A DNA stretch of 64,000 nucleotides, taken from Rhodothermales bacterium (GTDB taxonomy: Bacteria > Bacteroidota > Rhodothermia > Rhodothermales > JABDKH01). A model generated the notes under the pieces. The model saw only the letters and a list, made by a program, of their open reading frames with translations, was not told the DNA's origin and did no database searches. The first letter of the stretch is position 1. Each line of letters opens with the position of its first letter. Where the stretch lies: positions 30,059 to 94,058 of the forward strand of contig CAVYIO010000015.1 in the NCBI GenBank assembly GCA_963768565.1, given 5' to 3'. Below, piece by piece: positions 10,120 through 21,338 of this stretch. The translations under genes were made by a program, and so were the position numbers.

Positions 10120-10779
10120 CTATTCTGAAACGAAATCAACTGCGCGATGGGTTCCGTCGCAGAAGGGCTTGTTGTTTGAATGTCCGCACCGGCAGAGCAC
10201 CGCACGCGTACCGCGCCGCTCCTCTCCGTCCGAACCTTCGATTCGGAATTCGCCGGCCAGAAGGAACGACCCATTCTTGTTCAGCTTCACCGACATGATG
10301 CTGTCGGACAGGCCGGGTGCAATCTTGACACCTCCCTCTCCGAGCGATCCGTCGTCGACGAAGCCACCTTCCTTGTGGCTGTTGTCGCAGTACGGCTTGT
10401 TTGAAGAAAGACCGCACCGGCAGAGCGCGAGGCGCGTTTCGGTTGAGATCAGCGAGTCATCCGGCCCCTTGAGCTCGATGTCACCTGTCAGGTACAGGGG
10501 CCCGTTTTCGCCGACCGTGACGACATTCTCTTCAGGAATCAGCTCCCCGGCGCCCCCATCAAGCCGCTCATAGGTCAGGGCACCAGACGGACAACGATGA
10601 ATGACGACAGCGATTCGGTCGGGACGTGCGCCATCCGGATCGATCCACGGTTTACGCTGAGGATCAAAAACATCAGGAAGCCCCTCGGCACACTCGGCCG
10701 CATGAATACACCGGCCCACATCGTAGGTGATGGCAATGTCTTCTCCTTCGTAGCGGATGACTTTAGAAGCCATTTTCAA
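10120..10779 (-). CDS. Fe-S protein: YjdI-like (4Fe-4S) domain plus two CDGSH domains
   Basis: 'CIHAAEC..CPSGAL', then 'LCRCGLSSNKPYCDNSH' and 'LCRCGHSNNKPFCDGTH'. Confidence 0.9.
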   Translation of the reverse strand: MKMASKVIRYEGEDIAITYDVGRCIHAAECAEGLPDVFDPQRKPWIDPDGARPDRIAVVIHRCPSGALTYERLDGGAGELIPEENVVTVGENGPLYLTGDIELKGPDDSLISTETRLALCRCGLSSNKPYCDNSHKEGGFVDDGSLGEGGVKIAPGLSDSIMSVKLNKNGSFLLAGEFRIEGSDGEERRGTRAVLCRCGHSNNKPFCDGTHRAVDFVSE

Positions 10780-10815
10780 TATCTCCGTGCGAGATTGGTG
10801 AACAGTAAAAAACGT

Positions 10816-12069
10816 CTACCCGGGCGACTCGGAAAGCAAGAAGTCAACATAATCCGAATATTGCTTGACGAGTTCCAGATAATGGCTACCCGTGCCGGGC
10901 CCGGCGAAGCCGGTGTGGATTTTCCTGACCTTACCCTGGCGATCAATGAACACCGTGGTCGGATAGGCCATAATATGGTTCAGCATCGGGAGTGTTTTTT
11001 GCGCCTCACCTTTTCCCGATGTACCGGCAATGAGTAGCGGGTACTCGATGCGGTGTCTTCGGGCGAACTCGTGTGCCTGGGCTACTGCCGCATCGAAGTC
11101 GTCCAGGTGTTCATACAAGAGCGCGACAACCTCGACGCCGCGCTGATGGTTCTTCCGATAGAACGGGGCGAGAAAGGCAGCCTCGTCGTGGCAGTTCGGG
11201 CACCACGTGCCCGCGATCGTCACAACCACAACCTTGTTTACGAATGCGGAATCAGCAAGCGACACGAGCTCACCGGTGGTATCTGGAAACGCAAACGTGA
11301 ACGCCCGGGTGCCGGGCTTGAGAAAAGTGAGGGCATCCGGATTGGTGAGAGCCGCCGACTCGTCGCGAACGGCCTCCCAGGTTTCATGCCATTTGGTGCC
11401 CGACCAGAAATCGCCACGCATCACACCATCGTCGTCGACGCGGGCATCAAATAGAAACGCGTGGTATCCGTCGAACGTGGACAGTCGCACGCGCGATCCC
11501 GCCACGTCGCCTTCCAGGAATCGGTAGTCTCCCGATGGCGTGAGGAAGGTGCCGGTCAGATTGGAACCGGACTGCTTGAATTCGCCCACCGCGGGTGTGA
11601 TGGTTCCATCGGCCTGGCGAAACGCAACACCCCATCGACCGGTAATATTTACAGCAGCGGGCTCGCCCAGAGGAGCGAATCGCTCCGGTTGGCTCTTGAC
11701 GGCTCGAAGGGGCATCATCTGCCGAGTGCCTCCGCTCTTGACAACTGACAATGAGCCGACGAGAAAGCCGTTCTCTAAAGATGCGCTGATTCTGGAATTG
11801 AAGGCGCGGAAGTTTATGACCAGATCCCGGCCACTGACGGAAACGTCGGAAGTCGTAACGCGCTCTGCTCCGTTGATCAGTGTCGCACTGATGTGACCGG
11901 CTTCGCGGCTCAGATCGAGAAAGAAGGGTAGCTCTCCACCGGGCGAGGTCAGGCCGACGCGCCACACGCCAATGGGGACGGGATCCACCTGTGGCAGCGG
12001 CCGTTGCCGGCACGCCACAGACTGAAGCAGCAAGACCAGCGCGGCAAGGGTGAGGGCTTGAGCCCGCAT
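10816..12069 (-). CDS. TlpA-family thiol-disulfide oxidoreductase, probable lipoprotein with N-terminal beta domains
   Basis: C-terminal thioredoxin fold 'GTWCPNC', 'YPTTVFIDRQG'; signal peptide ending 'SVAC'. Confidence 0.85.
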   Translation of the reverse strand: MRAQALTLAALVLLLQSVACRQRPLPQVDPVPIGVWRVGLTSPGGELPFFLDLSREAGHISATLINGAERVTTSDVSVSGRDLVINFRAFNSRISASLENGFLVGSLSVVKSGGTRQMMPLRAVKSQPERFAPLGEPAAVNITGRWGVAFRQADGTITPAVGEFKQSGSNLTGTFLTPSGDYRFLEGDVAGSRVRLSTFDGYHAFLFDARVDDDGVMRGDFWSGTKWHETWEAVRDESAALTNPDALTFLKPGTRAFTFAFPDTTGELVSLADSAFVNKVVVVTIAGTWCPNCHDEAAFLAPFYRKNHQRGVEVVALLYEHLDDFDAAVAQAHEFARRHRIEYPLLIAGTSGKGEAQKTLPMLNHIMAYPTTVFIDRQGKVRKIHTGFAGPGTGSHYLELVKQYSDYVDFLLSESPG

Positions 12070-12169
12070 GGTCTTTCGGGTCGATCGAGGTGTGGATCAA
12101 AATCTGGATACGCCCGGCGAAATATGCGGATCCATCAAACCGACCGACGCGCGCGAGATATCGGTGCTG

Positions 12170-13675
12170 CTAATTCGGCAGAAACTGGGATTCCAGCTTC
12201 GAGCGCACCTCATCGAGTTCCTTGCGGAACGGCATGTCAGTGTCGAAACGATCTCCGACCGCCCGGCACGCATGGATCACTGTTGAGTGATCGCGCCCGC
12301 CAAACCGAAGGCCGATCGTCTTGAGGGGCTGGGCCGTGAGCTGCTTGCAGAAAAACATGGCCATGTGTCTGGCCTGCACAACCTCACGCCGTCTCGTCTT
12401 CGCGGAGAGGAGGTCCAGCGGCACGTTGTAGTACAGCGCGACCTGGCGCTTGATATCCTCGATATCAAGGCGTGTAGGTTTCTCGTCGAGGAGATCGTCG
12501 AGCACCTCGCGCGCAAATGGCAGGTCGATGCGCGGGTTGCTGTGGAGGCTCGCGTGGGCAGTCAGGCGGATCAGCGCGCCCTCGAGTTTTCGGATGTTGG
12601 TCTTGATTCGCTCGGCGATGAACTCGGCCACGCCGGTTTCAAGCATCACGCTTTCGGCCTGTGCCTTTCGCCGGAGTATGGCGATGCGCGTTTCGAGATC
12701 CGGAGGCTGGACGTCCGCTACAAGGCCCCAGTGGAAGCGCGACAACAGGCGCTCCTCGATGCCGACGATGTCTTTGGGTGGCCGGTCGCACGAAAGAACG
12801 ATCTGGCATCGGTTCTGGTGCAGCTCATTGAAGATGTGGAAGAACTCTTCCTGCGTCTTCTCCTTGCCGTTGAAGAACTGAACGTCGTCCATGATGAGCA
12901 TCCTGACCTCGCGGAAGCGTCGAGCAAACTCGGCGATACGATTCTGCTGGATGGCCTGCACGAACATCGACGTAAATCTCTCGCTGGAGATGTACAGGGT
13001 GCCGTTCCCGAAACCGTTACTGGCGGCGTAGTTGCCGATAGCCTGGATCAGGTGAGTCTTGCCGAGCCCTGCGCCGCCGTAAACGAGGAAGGGGTTGAAG
13101 CTGGTTTCGCCGGGCCGCTCTCCGATGGCAAGAGCGGCACTGCGTGCGAGTCGGTTGCAGTCGCCTTCTATGAACCGATCGAATGTGTAGAGGCGATTGA
13201 GGTCGGGTGTCTGTTGATACGTAGCATCCCGCGTGGACGGCCGGTCGGCCTGTCGCGTGAAAGGCGAGTTGTATGTCCGGGCGGGAGGGGGCGCAAAGGC
13301 AGGAGGCGCCTGGCGATGGGTTGTCGGGTGCCGGTGGGGATCAGGCGTCTCCTGTCGTGCGGTGCGCCCGCTGAGGTCATCGAGGGCAGGTGGCGTTTCA
13401 GGCTCGGCTAGATCCGAGTCAATGAGGAAAGAAATTTCAGTGCTGGTGCCCGTAACGCGATCGACGGTACTGCTGAGGATCACGTTGAAGCGGCTCTCCA
13501 GCCACTCGTAGAAAAAGCGACTGGGAACACCGAGGCGAAGCTGATAGCCGCTGCCTGCGCGCTGAAGCGACATCGGTTTGATGGGCTCGAACCATGTCTT
13601 GTAGACCTGTGGCGCGAGTTCGTCGGCGAGTTTACTCAGACATGATGTCCACGTCTCTTCGGCGGTGAGGTGCAT
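12170..13675 (-). CDS. dnaA: Chromosomal replication initiator DnaA
   Basis: 'YKTWFEP', Walker A 'YGGAGLGKTHL', 'MDDVQF', 'TQEEFFHIFN', domain IV 'IGLRFGGRDHSTVIHA'; start at MHLTAEETW. Confidence 0.97.
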   Translation of the reverse strand: MHLTAEETWTSCLSKLADELAPQVYKTWFEPIKPMSLQRAGSGYQLRLGVPSRFFYEWLESRFNVILSSTVDRVTGTSTEISFLIDSDLAEPETPPALDDLSGRTARQETPDPHRHPTTHRQAPPAFAPPPARTYNSPFTRQADRPSTRDATYQQTPDLNRLYTFDRFIEGDCNRLARSAALAIGERPGETSFNPFLVYGGAGLGKTHLIQAIGNYAASNGFGNGTLYISSERFTSMFVQAIQQNRIAEFARRFREVRMLIMDDVQFFNGKEKTQEEFFHIFNELHQNRCQIVLSCDRPPKDIVGIEERLLSRFHWGLVADVQPPDLETRIAILRRKAQAESVMLETGVAEFIAERIKTNIRKLEGALIRLTAHASLHSNPRIDLPFAREVLDDLLDEKPTRLDIEDIKRQVALYYNVPLDLLSAKTRRREVVQARHMAMFFCKQLTAQPLKTIGLRFGGRDHSTVIHACRAVGDRFDTDMPFRKELDEVRSKLESQFLPN

Positions 13676-13779
13676 GTTTGGTGGTACGAAGGGGGGATCA
13701 ACAACACAGGCTTTCATCGGCACTTTTGCGGAAAGCATTCTAGCCGCGAAACCGGTGCGCTTGCAAGGACTTTCTGTCC

Positions 13780-14075
13780 CCCAAATACCCACAGAAAAAG
13801 GGAGACTTGTGAACGGTTGTCCACAGGTTATCAACAGTGCGCGGCCGGGGCTGGAAGCGCTTTTGGGACGCGAAATTGAAGAAAGGGCCAGGGGGTGAAT
13901 GTTGATAAGATCTATAGTCCTGACGACCGCTAATCGTGTGCCAAGCATCCTTTTGAGCGCGGTCTCACCGGTTTGTTATGGGACAGGATCTTCACAGTGT
14001 GGATAAGCCGCGCGGGGCGCCGGGTGCGCCCGGCCGCCAGTCCATCCACCTGTTCACAGGTTGTTCACAGCGAGG
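13780..14075. promoter_or_regulatory. DnaA-box cluster upstream of dnaA (probable oriC and dnaA autoregulatory region)
   Basis: Perfect TGTGGATAA 13998-14006. One mismatch: TTGTCCACA 13817-13825, TTATCAACA 13828-13836, TGTTGATAA 13900-13908. Weaker: TTGTTCACA 14061-14069, CTGTTCACA 14050-14058. Confidence 0.75.
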
Positions 14076-14312
14076 TCGGCTCGTCGGCGTCCGCGGGTTC
14101 CCCTCAAGTTTCATCAGAAACAAAGGGTTAGGGCCGACAGCACCGATCGCCGCACACGTGTCAACGCGTCACGACAAGTGCGCGCGTCGCGGCGGCGCGT
14201 TCTGTTTCTACATATCCCGGATTCCCGCCGCCCTGGAAGAAGAGTCCGCCCGTGTTGAAGACGCGAGCCCGGATGTCGGCGACGGTAGGCACGAGAGCCA
14301 GGAACGCTCCGT

Positions 14313-15997
14313 TCATTGTATCACGGTGATCGGCCGAGCAAGGTTGATGACTTGCGTCTCGAGCCGGCAGAAGTAGGACCCGGCGGGCAGACCGTCCAGA
14401 GACAGCGTGACGCGATTCGTTCCTTCGGCGAAGGGACCGTCTGCCACCACAGCCACTTCACGACCGAGGACGTCGTAGAGAACCAGCCGGGCCGACATCG
14501 ATGTCGGCAGCTCGAAGTCGAAGGTGGCGATCTCGGAGGCTGGCTGCGGATAATGAAAGAGCCGGTAGTCCGGACGGCGCGGGGGTATCTCCGGTGGAGG
14601 AGGAGCACGTTGGGTTGTCGTGTCGAAGGGCATGATCAGGGGGAGGGCCCGCTCCGTGTTGAGTGCCGCCTGCTTGAGCAGTCTGACGGAATCGAATCGG
14701 TCCGCGCCCTGCGCCCAGAGGATGGAAACAACGATCTCCTGCACATCGCCGGGCTCCATGCGGAAAGGACCGGACGCCGTCACGAACCGGACGTCACCGG
14801 GAGTGAATCGTGTACCGTCGCCGTAGAGGTCATCCATCACTCCAGAAGTCCGGAGGATCCCCCGTGAACATGAACTGCACAGCGGTGAGCGGCCAACCGG
14901 TGATGGTCTGCGTGCCGAGTCCGCCGTAGGATATCGTCATTCCGTCTAGCCAGCGAGGAATCAGATAGCCATACATCTCGTCGGCCCTCGTCGGATTCCC
15001 GTTGACGCTACGTGCTGCTGACGTAGAACACGAAGGAGGTCGCACCCGTGCGCTCGCCGGGCTCGTCGGCGGTACCGTCCCGATCGTTGTCCTTCCCATC
15101 CGAATCGACAAGCGGCCCCTGTGCGAACCGGTATCCGAGCGCGGGTGGCCGACTGCCGTAGCCGCCGGTGCCACCGTCGTCGTTGTCCCCGTTGTAGACG
15201 AACGCGAGTCCGAGCGACGAGTCGGATCCGACGTAGTCATCTCCGGCGTCGCCGAGGTCCGGATCAGACCAGATCCCGAAATACATACTGTCGATGGCGG
15301 AGGTCCCACGGTAGACCAGCTCGTATCGGTAGAACGTCGCGTTCCGGACCCAGCTGTCTTCGGCGCTCTCGGCGGCGAAGGCAGCCACTCGAATCTCCAG
15401 TCGGAGTGGCGGGGCGCCGGAGTACCGGTGCTCGTTGCCGGCGTCGTTCATCACCCACCACGCCGTCTGATCGCCGTACACGTACGGCCGGTCTCCTGCG
15501 GGGAGGTCATAGTTGTCGGGATTTCCGTCACCGTCGAACACGGGTGCACCGAGCTGCCACGGCCAGTCGCGCATGTCGGCTGTGGCCTCACCCGACTCGT
15601 TGTAGCGCCGGATGTCCTCGTCGTAGACGGTGTAGATTCGATCGTAGGCCGAGCAATCGGCCGGCGGATTCCCGTTCTCGTCGAGTGGGCCGGGCCAGAA
15701 CTCCCAGCGGTCGTATGTCGCGGCGGTCATCCGCAGCTCGCCGTCGACGAAGCCGCCGATCCAGAGATTGGTGGCGAAGATCGAGGTTTTGCCGCTGTCT
15801 TTCGGGACTTCGTACATCGGCCGACCCACCGTCCAGAACAGGCCGCCCGTGTTGAACATCCGTGCCCGGACGTTGGCGACATCGAGATCAGCGGACGCTA
15901 CTCCGGTATCGCACGTGCCGGTGGTCTGGGCGCTCACGGGCACCGCCGTGACGACGGCCAGGAGAATGACCTGAAATATCCGCGTTGAGATACGCAT
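14313..15997 (-). CDS. T9SS type-A sorting domain protein, paralog 1 (frameshifted)
   Basis: Signal peptide 'MRISTRIFQVILLAVVTAVPVSA', domain 'ADLDVANVRAR..EFWPGPLD..WWVMND..DPDLGDAGDDY', CTD 'YPQPAS..LYDVLGREV..LPAGSYFCRL'; spans ORFs 15008..16090, 14830..15309 and 14313..14840. Confidence 0.8.
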
Positions 15998-18950
15998 CAC
16001 TTCGCCAGGATCATTGCCCGGGACCGGACAAACGGTCCGGCTCGCAGCCGATACAGGTACAGTCCACTGGCGAGATGGTCCGCCTTCCATCGCGCCCGGT
16101 GTTTGCCCGCCGGGAGCTGGCCATCGACGAGTGTCGCGACCCGCCGTCCGAGCGTATCGAAGATCTCGAGTGACACCTCTTGAGACCGAGGTAAATCAAA
16201 CCGGATCGTGGTCTCCGGGTTGAAGGGATTCGGATAGTTGGGATGCAGGGCGAAGCGGTCGGGTATTCCCTCCTCCTCGGTGCCCGTGATCGTCGGGACG
16301 GTGAATGACCAGACATGCGACCAGTCGGATGTGCCGTTGGCGTTCGTCAGATTGCCACGCCAGAAGTAGGTCCCGGCGCTCGGAAGCGAGGACACGGTCG
16401 ATCCTGCGCGATCGATAACAATCGTTCTCGAAGTTCGGATCAGCGGCGACCTGAACGTTCGAGACGCCGCCGTTCCACCACAGTCTGATGGGGAGCGTCA
16501 GTCCGGTGGCTCCGTCTCTTGGAGCGGACTGGATGGGCGGTGCCGGCGGGATCCTGTCCAGCGTGTAGAAGCGCACGACCACGCCGAACGCCGGATGCGG
16601 CGGGTCGGAGTCGGGATCACCGAAGAAGACGGTCCGCTGCAGCGTTCGTCCGCGGCGGAAGTCTAGATGCGGTCTTCGATCGCGCCATCGGTCAGGTCGT
16701 AGACGTTCGGACAGCCATTAGGATCGGCCTCGACGAGGGGTTGTACGGCGGACTTCCCAGTCCTGGTACGTGCCCGTGGGATATAAGGCGTAGACACGTT
16801 GCGTCGATCCCGGATAACCCTCGAAGGGGCTCCCAGGACTCGCGTCGTATTTCCACTCGCACACGTTGCGGTCACCGGCAAAGAGAATCGGGATCAATCG
16901 AACATCATCGGACGGGTCATTCGGATTGATGTTCGTCCCGGTGTAGGTGCGTCCGATGTCCCAGACCTCGAAGGGGACCCGGATCACCGTCCCGTCTGTG
17001 AAAGCGTGATAAGCGAGGGATCCCCGTTCCGTGAACCGGATCTCGAAGTCGTTGGGAGAGAACCGTCCAAGGGTCGACTCGGAGCCGGTACCTTCGTGCC
17101 ACATGATGTAGTCGCCGCTGCCATTTTCGGAGCCATAGACGTGGTTGCCGCCGACCTCGTCGCAACCAAAGGTGGACCCGCGTTCGCACCGCAGGCATAG
17201 GCGTCCGTCGGTCCGTCGACCTCGACGAACATGTACTCGTCATCGATCACGACGGGGCCGCTCTGGCCGGAGTACAGAGAGTCGGCGCCCAGCGTGAATC
17301 GCCAGGCATCCGACCATGGACCCTCCCCGGCGGAATTCACGGCGCGAACCCTCCACCAGAGTGTGGAGCCGGGTGCCAGCTCACGCGGCGATTCGAGCGT
17401 GACCTCGAACCGGTGCGTCAGAGTCGACGCGACAAAGTCATCAAACTCCGGATCGGCGGCGACCTGCCAGATGAAACGCGAGGCTTCCGGGACCTGGCCC
17501 CACCTCAAGTGTGACGTTCTCCGGCTGGTCCGTCCGCACCGTCATCCGGCGCGAGCTAGCACGGGCGCTGTTGTGGAGCCTGGAGATCCGGGACGTCGAA
17601 TCCGGAGTCAAAGATGGCCTGGATCCGATCGGAGTCGCGCTTGAGTTCTTGCACGGAGTCGAGTCGGTCGTTCCCGCGTGACCAGATGATGGCCAGCCAG
17701 ATCTCCTCGGTGTCGCCGGGCTCCATGCTGAAGGGGCCGGTGGAGGAAAGGAAACGACGATCTGCAGGAGGGAATCTCGTGCCCTGTCCGTCGACGTTGT
17801 CTTCGCTCCAGAAGGCCGGTGGGTCGCCAGGGAAGAAGAATCGAGTCGGGGTGTCCGGAGAATCCCAGGCCGGATGCCGCCATATGTTACCGGCGTACCG
17901 TCTTGCCAACGCCCCTGTAGGTAAAAGTAGTACACCTCGGCCCAATGCCGGATTACTCGGTAATGGAGTTGTCCAACAGGATTCATGAACGTTGTCATGG
18001 ACTGGGTTTCTCCCGACTCGTCGATGGCACCGTCGTAGTCATTGTCCAGGCCGTCCGCGTCAGCCAGAGGACCCTTCAGGATGTCGTAGCCGAGCGCAGG
18101 GGGCGGGAAGCCATAGCCGAGAGACCCTCCGTCGAAGTCATCACCGTTGTAGACATAGCCGATTCCGCGTAACGAGTCGCTGCCGATATAGTCGTCGCCC
18201 GCGTCGCCCAGGTCCGGATCGGCCCAGAATCCGAAGTACATCTCTCAATAGCGAGCGGCGCCCTTATAGACGAGATCGTACCGGTAGAACGTCGTATTGC
18301 CGATCACGTCGTCTCGCTCGAAGGCGAACGCGGAGACATGGACCTCGAGTCCCATGGGCGGCGCCTCGGAGGTCAGGTGTAGATTGCCTGCATCGTTCAT
18401 CACCCACCAGGCCATCTGGTCGCCGAGGATATCTGGCCGATCGCCGGCCGCGAGGTCGTAGTTATCCGGATTGCCGTCTCCGTCAACAACCGGCGCGCCG
18501 AGCTCCCACGGCCACTCGGCGAGATCAGTTGCTGCGCTACCGGCTTGATCGTAGCGCCTGAGGTCTTCGCGCGAGACGAGATAGATGCGGTCGTAGGCGG
18601 AGCAGTCGGCCGGTGGGTTGCCGTTCTCATCGAGCGGTCCCGGCCAGAACTCCCAGTCGGAGTAGGTAGCGGCCGCCATCCGGAGTTCGTCGTCGACGAG
18701 CCCGCCCGATCCAGAGTCCGGAGGCGAAGATGGCGTTGGAGCCGCTGCCCTTCGGGACTTCGTACACGGGGGGCCCGCCGTTCCAGAACAGCCCGCCGGT
18801 GTTGTACATCCGAGCCCGGACGTTTCCGACATCGAGATCGGCTGTTGCCGAGCCGAGGTTGCAGTCGCCGGTCGTCTGGGCAGTGGCCGACATCGTCAAG
18901 CCGGCAGCAAGAGCAGCAAGCAGAAGAGTAGTAGCGCGACCCATAGGCAT
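15997..18950 (-). CDS. T9SS type-A sorting domain protein, paralog 2, with FnIII-like modules (multiple frameshifts)
   Basis: Same N-terminal domain as paralog 1, FnIII-like 'WWRVRAVNSAGEGPWSDAWRF', CTD 'NYPNPFNPET..IFDTLGRRV..LASGLYLYRL'. Confidence 0.8.
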
Positions 18951-19089
18951 GTCCAAAGGTTTCGGGGTCGAACCTCTAAGACATAAGGTAGCCCGGTCGC
19001 CGCACCACACAAGCCGTGCGGCTCGAAATGACCGTCAAGAGAAGCGAACGGCACGTGGGGCCGTTCGATCGGAGATATCTCCGGCCGTC

Positions 19090-19914
19090 CTACCGCCCGA
19101 GATGCGTATCCAGAAAGGCGTCGATGCGCTCGGCGTACAGATCTCCCGTCGCGATGAATCCGTTGTTATGCCCGCCCTTCATCTCGAAGAACTCCTTGTT
19201 GCCGCGTGCCGCACGAAACAACTCTTCGCCATGCGAAAACGGTACGATCTCGTCGGTCGGACTGTGGATTACCATGAGCGCACCGGTCTGCATCGAGTGA
19301 ACGCGCGACAGGCTGTCGAACTTGTCGTTGAGCAATAATTGAACCGGCACAAACGGGTAATGATGGAAGATCAGATCGTGAACCGACGTGAACGCGGACT
19401 CCAGTATCACCGCACGAGAATTGTGCCGTGCCGCCAGCCATGTAGCGACGCCGCCGCCGAGTGATCTTCCGAAAATCACGATCTTCATCGGATCGATACC
19501 GCGCGTTCCGGTGAGATACCGCCACGCACTTTCGCTGTCTTCGTAGAGTCCGTTCTCGGTCGAGGTGCCGCTGCTCTGGCCGTACCCGCGGTAATCAAAA
19601 ATGAAGACGCTGAGCCCCAGGCTGTTGAAGATCTTCAACGACTCGATCCGGTCGGACATGTTGCCGGCGTTCCCGTGGAGGAAGAGCATGACGCCGCGCT
19701 CGCGCTGGGCCGGGAGCCACCAGCCAAAGAGAGTCTCACCATCGGATGTGTTGAACGACACGGGCTCGAAGACGAGTCCGTGGTGCCCCGGGGTGGTCTC
19801 CAGGTGCTCCTTGGGGTGGTACATCAGGCGCTCCTGAAGGACATACACGACCCCTACGAACGCTACGTAGAGAATGACGAGCGCAAAAAACGTGACAAGG
19901 GTGGTCTTCAGCAC
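19090..19914 (-). CDS. Alpha/beta hydrolase (ABHD12/13-like) with N-terminal TM
   Basis: 'FLHGNAGN', 'DYRGYG', nucleophile 'GRSLGGG', 'HSPTDEIVP', 'GGHN'. Confidence 0.9.
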   Translation of the reverse strand: MLKTTLVTFFALVILYVAFVGVVYVLQERLMYHPKEHLETTPGHHGLVFEPVSFNTSDGETLFGWWLPAQRERGVMLFLHGNAGNMSDRIESLKIFNSLGLSVFIFDYRGYGQSSGTSTENGLYEDSESAWRYLTGTRGIDPMKIVIFGRSLGGGVATWLAARHNSRAVILESAFTSVHDLIFHHYPFVPVQLLLNDKFDSLSRVHSMQTGALMVIHSPTDEIVPFSHGEELFRAARGNKEFFEMKGGHNNGFIATGDLYAERIDAFLDTHLGR

Positions 19915-20157
19915 GGAAACTCGGGTTTGCGGCCCCTGGGTGAGGCGGTGGGTAAACCCCGGATACTACTTACTGATGAACGCCCGGACATGGGCCGGGT
20001 TGCGGTATTGGTATCGGCGGGAGTACGGGCAGACTTGAGACAGGGTTTTTGTGAAGTTGAAGGGGATCGGAGGCGGGTGGCCGGGTCGCGACGATGGGAG
20101 TTGGCAGCCCTGTGTGCTAGCTTATCCGCGTGTTTCCAGGTGATCCCGGTGACGGCC

Positions 20158-20832
20158 ATGAAAATTGCTGATAGCACGCGTCTATCATTGGCGCTCTCCA
20201 TGGTGTTCGGTCTGGCGATGATCGCGCCGGCATACGGCCAGTACTGCGGAGTTGAGGGTGTCGGCGGATCCTATCTCAATGCGCGATACGGATTCGAAAT
20301 CCAGTACGCGGGCGGTTGGCACCGGCTGCACGTCGGCCCGAGGGAAGACTCGTTTCAGTGGACCTGCCGGGATACGCTGGTGGTGGACGGGACGGTGCTG
20401 GATCTTGAGTATGTGGAGTTTTCCGGAGAGAAGACGCATGCAGACTCGCTATGGAAGGCCGTCACCCATAAGGCGACACTCTTCTGTGGCGCCGACGGTG
20501 TGGACGGGGGATCGCACTGCGAGGGCCCGGAGGATGTAGAGTCGTTTACTTCCCGTGCCGGCGTGCCCGTCTTGAAATTCTATCAGACGTTCATCTACGA
20601 GCATTACGCGGACGACGAGCCCACGGAGAAGCATCGCGTGGGCCCCTACTTCGCGATCGACATCTCGCAGCAGGGGGCGACCCGGGCGTTGCTCCTGACG
20701 TCGGAGATGCACAGGGAAGCGTCGGATAGATACGCGGCATTTGTGGAGGGGATGGTGCAGTCGGTCCAGGTGGTTGACTCGCCGTATCTGAAGAAGAAGC
20801 GGCGCCCCATTGTTGTGCCACTGAGGAGATAG
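20158..20832 (+). CDS. Exported hypothetical protein with four Cys
   Basis: Signal peptide 'MKIADSTRLSLALSMVFGLAMIAPAYG'; no recognisable family. Confidence 0.6.
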   Translation: MKIADSTRLSLALSMVFGLAMIAPAYGQYCGVEGVGGSYLNARYGFEIQYAGGWHRLHVGPREDSFQWTCRDTLVVDGTVLDLEYVEFSGEKTHADSLWKAVTHKATLFCGADGVDGGSHCEGPEDVESFTSRAGVPVLKFYQTFIYEHYADDEPTEKHRVGPYFAIDISQQGATRALLLTSEMHREASDRYAAFVEGMVQSVQVVDSPYLKKKRRPIVVPLRR

Positions 20833-20864
20833 GGCGGCTGGATGGCGCGCCGTCGCATTCACTC

Positions 20865-21203
20865 GTCTTTGCGAGCGAGTGTCCGCGAGCGTGGCAATCC
20901 TGGACGGTGAGTCTGTCCGGGGCGATCAAGATTGCTCGTTCGGAGCCGACGGCTCTTCGTGGCAATGACGCCGAAAGCGGTTGCGCAGCAATGCTGTCCG
21001 GATGCGGTCCTGGCGGCGCACACCCGCTCACCGTCATCCCGGCCCTGGAGCCGGGATCCATGCAACGATGAGGCTTTGCAGGCACCCGGCTGGATGGCCG
21101 CCTGCGCGGCCATGACGGGCGAGGATGAGTTACTCGTCTTCGTCTTTGCGAGGCCGCACCGGCCAGCCACACATCTCGTCATCCCGAACGCAGTGAGGGA
21201 TCT
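20865..21203. repeat. Cluster of three kinds of palindromic REP/MITE-like elements
   Basis: One GTCTTTGCGAG..GCAATC..GATTGC..GCAATGAC unit (~20865-20970); GTCATCCCGG..CCGGGATCCA (21033-21060) with TGGATGGCCG..CGGCCATGAC (21091-21116); GTCATCCCGAACGCAGTGAGGGATCT (21178-21203). Confidence 0.75.
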
Positions 21204-21279
21204 GTGGCCGGGGCAGCGCCGCTGGTTGACGGAGATTCGAGAGGTTTTCTAGTCAGTCAGACAAAAACAGTCATTGCTA

Positions 21280-21298
21280 TACACATATGTTTAACATA
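21280..21298 (+). promoter_or_regulatory. Candidate LexA (SOS) operator
   Basis: AT-rich TACACATATGTTTAACATA (direct repeat of ACATA, 11-bp period) 40 bp upstream of the imuB-like gene. Confidence 0.55.
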
Positions 21299-21338
21299 TA
21301 ATCATAGTTCATTTTGACTCTTCTTCCATGGGCAGCTC

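Noticed and set aside
12287-13411. Long antisense ORFs (also 21387..22631, 15002..15988, 51637..52470)
   Set aside because: These are shadow ORFs opposite well-supported genes, as expected in high-GC DNA.
13676-13948. N-terminal extension of DnaA in the ORF track (592 aa)
   Set aside because: It runs through the DnaA-box region and is not DnaA-like; domain I starts at MHLTAEETW (13675).
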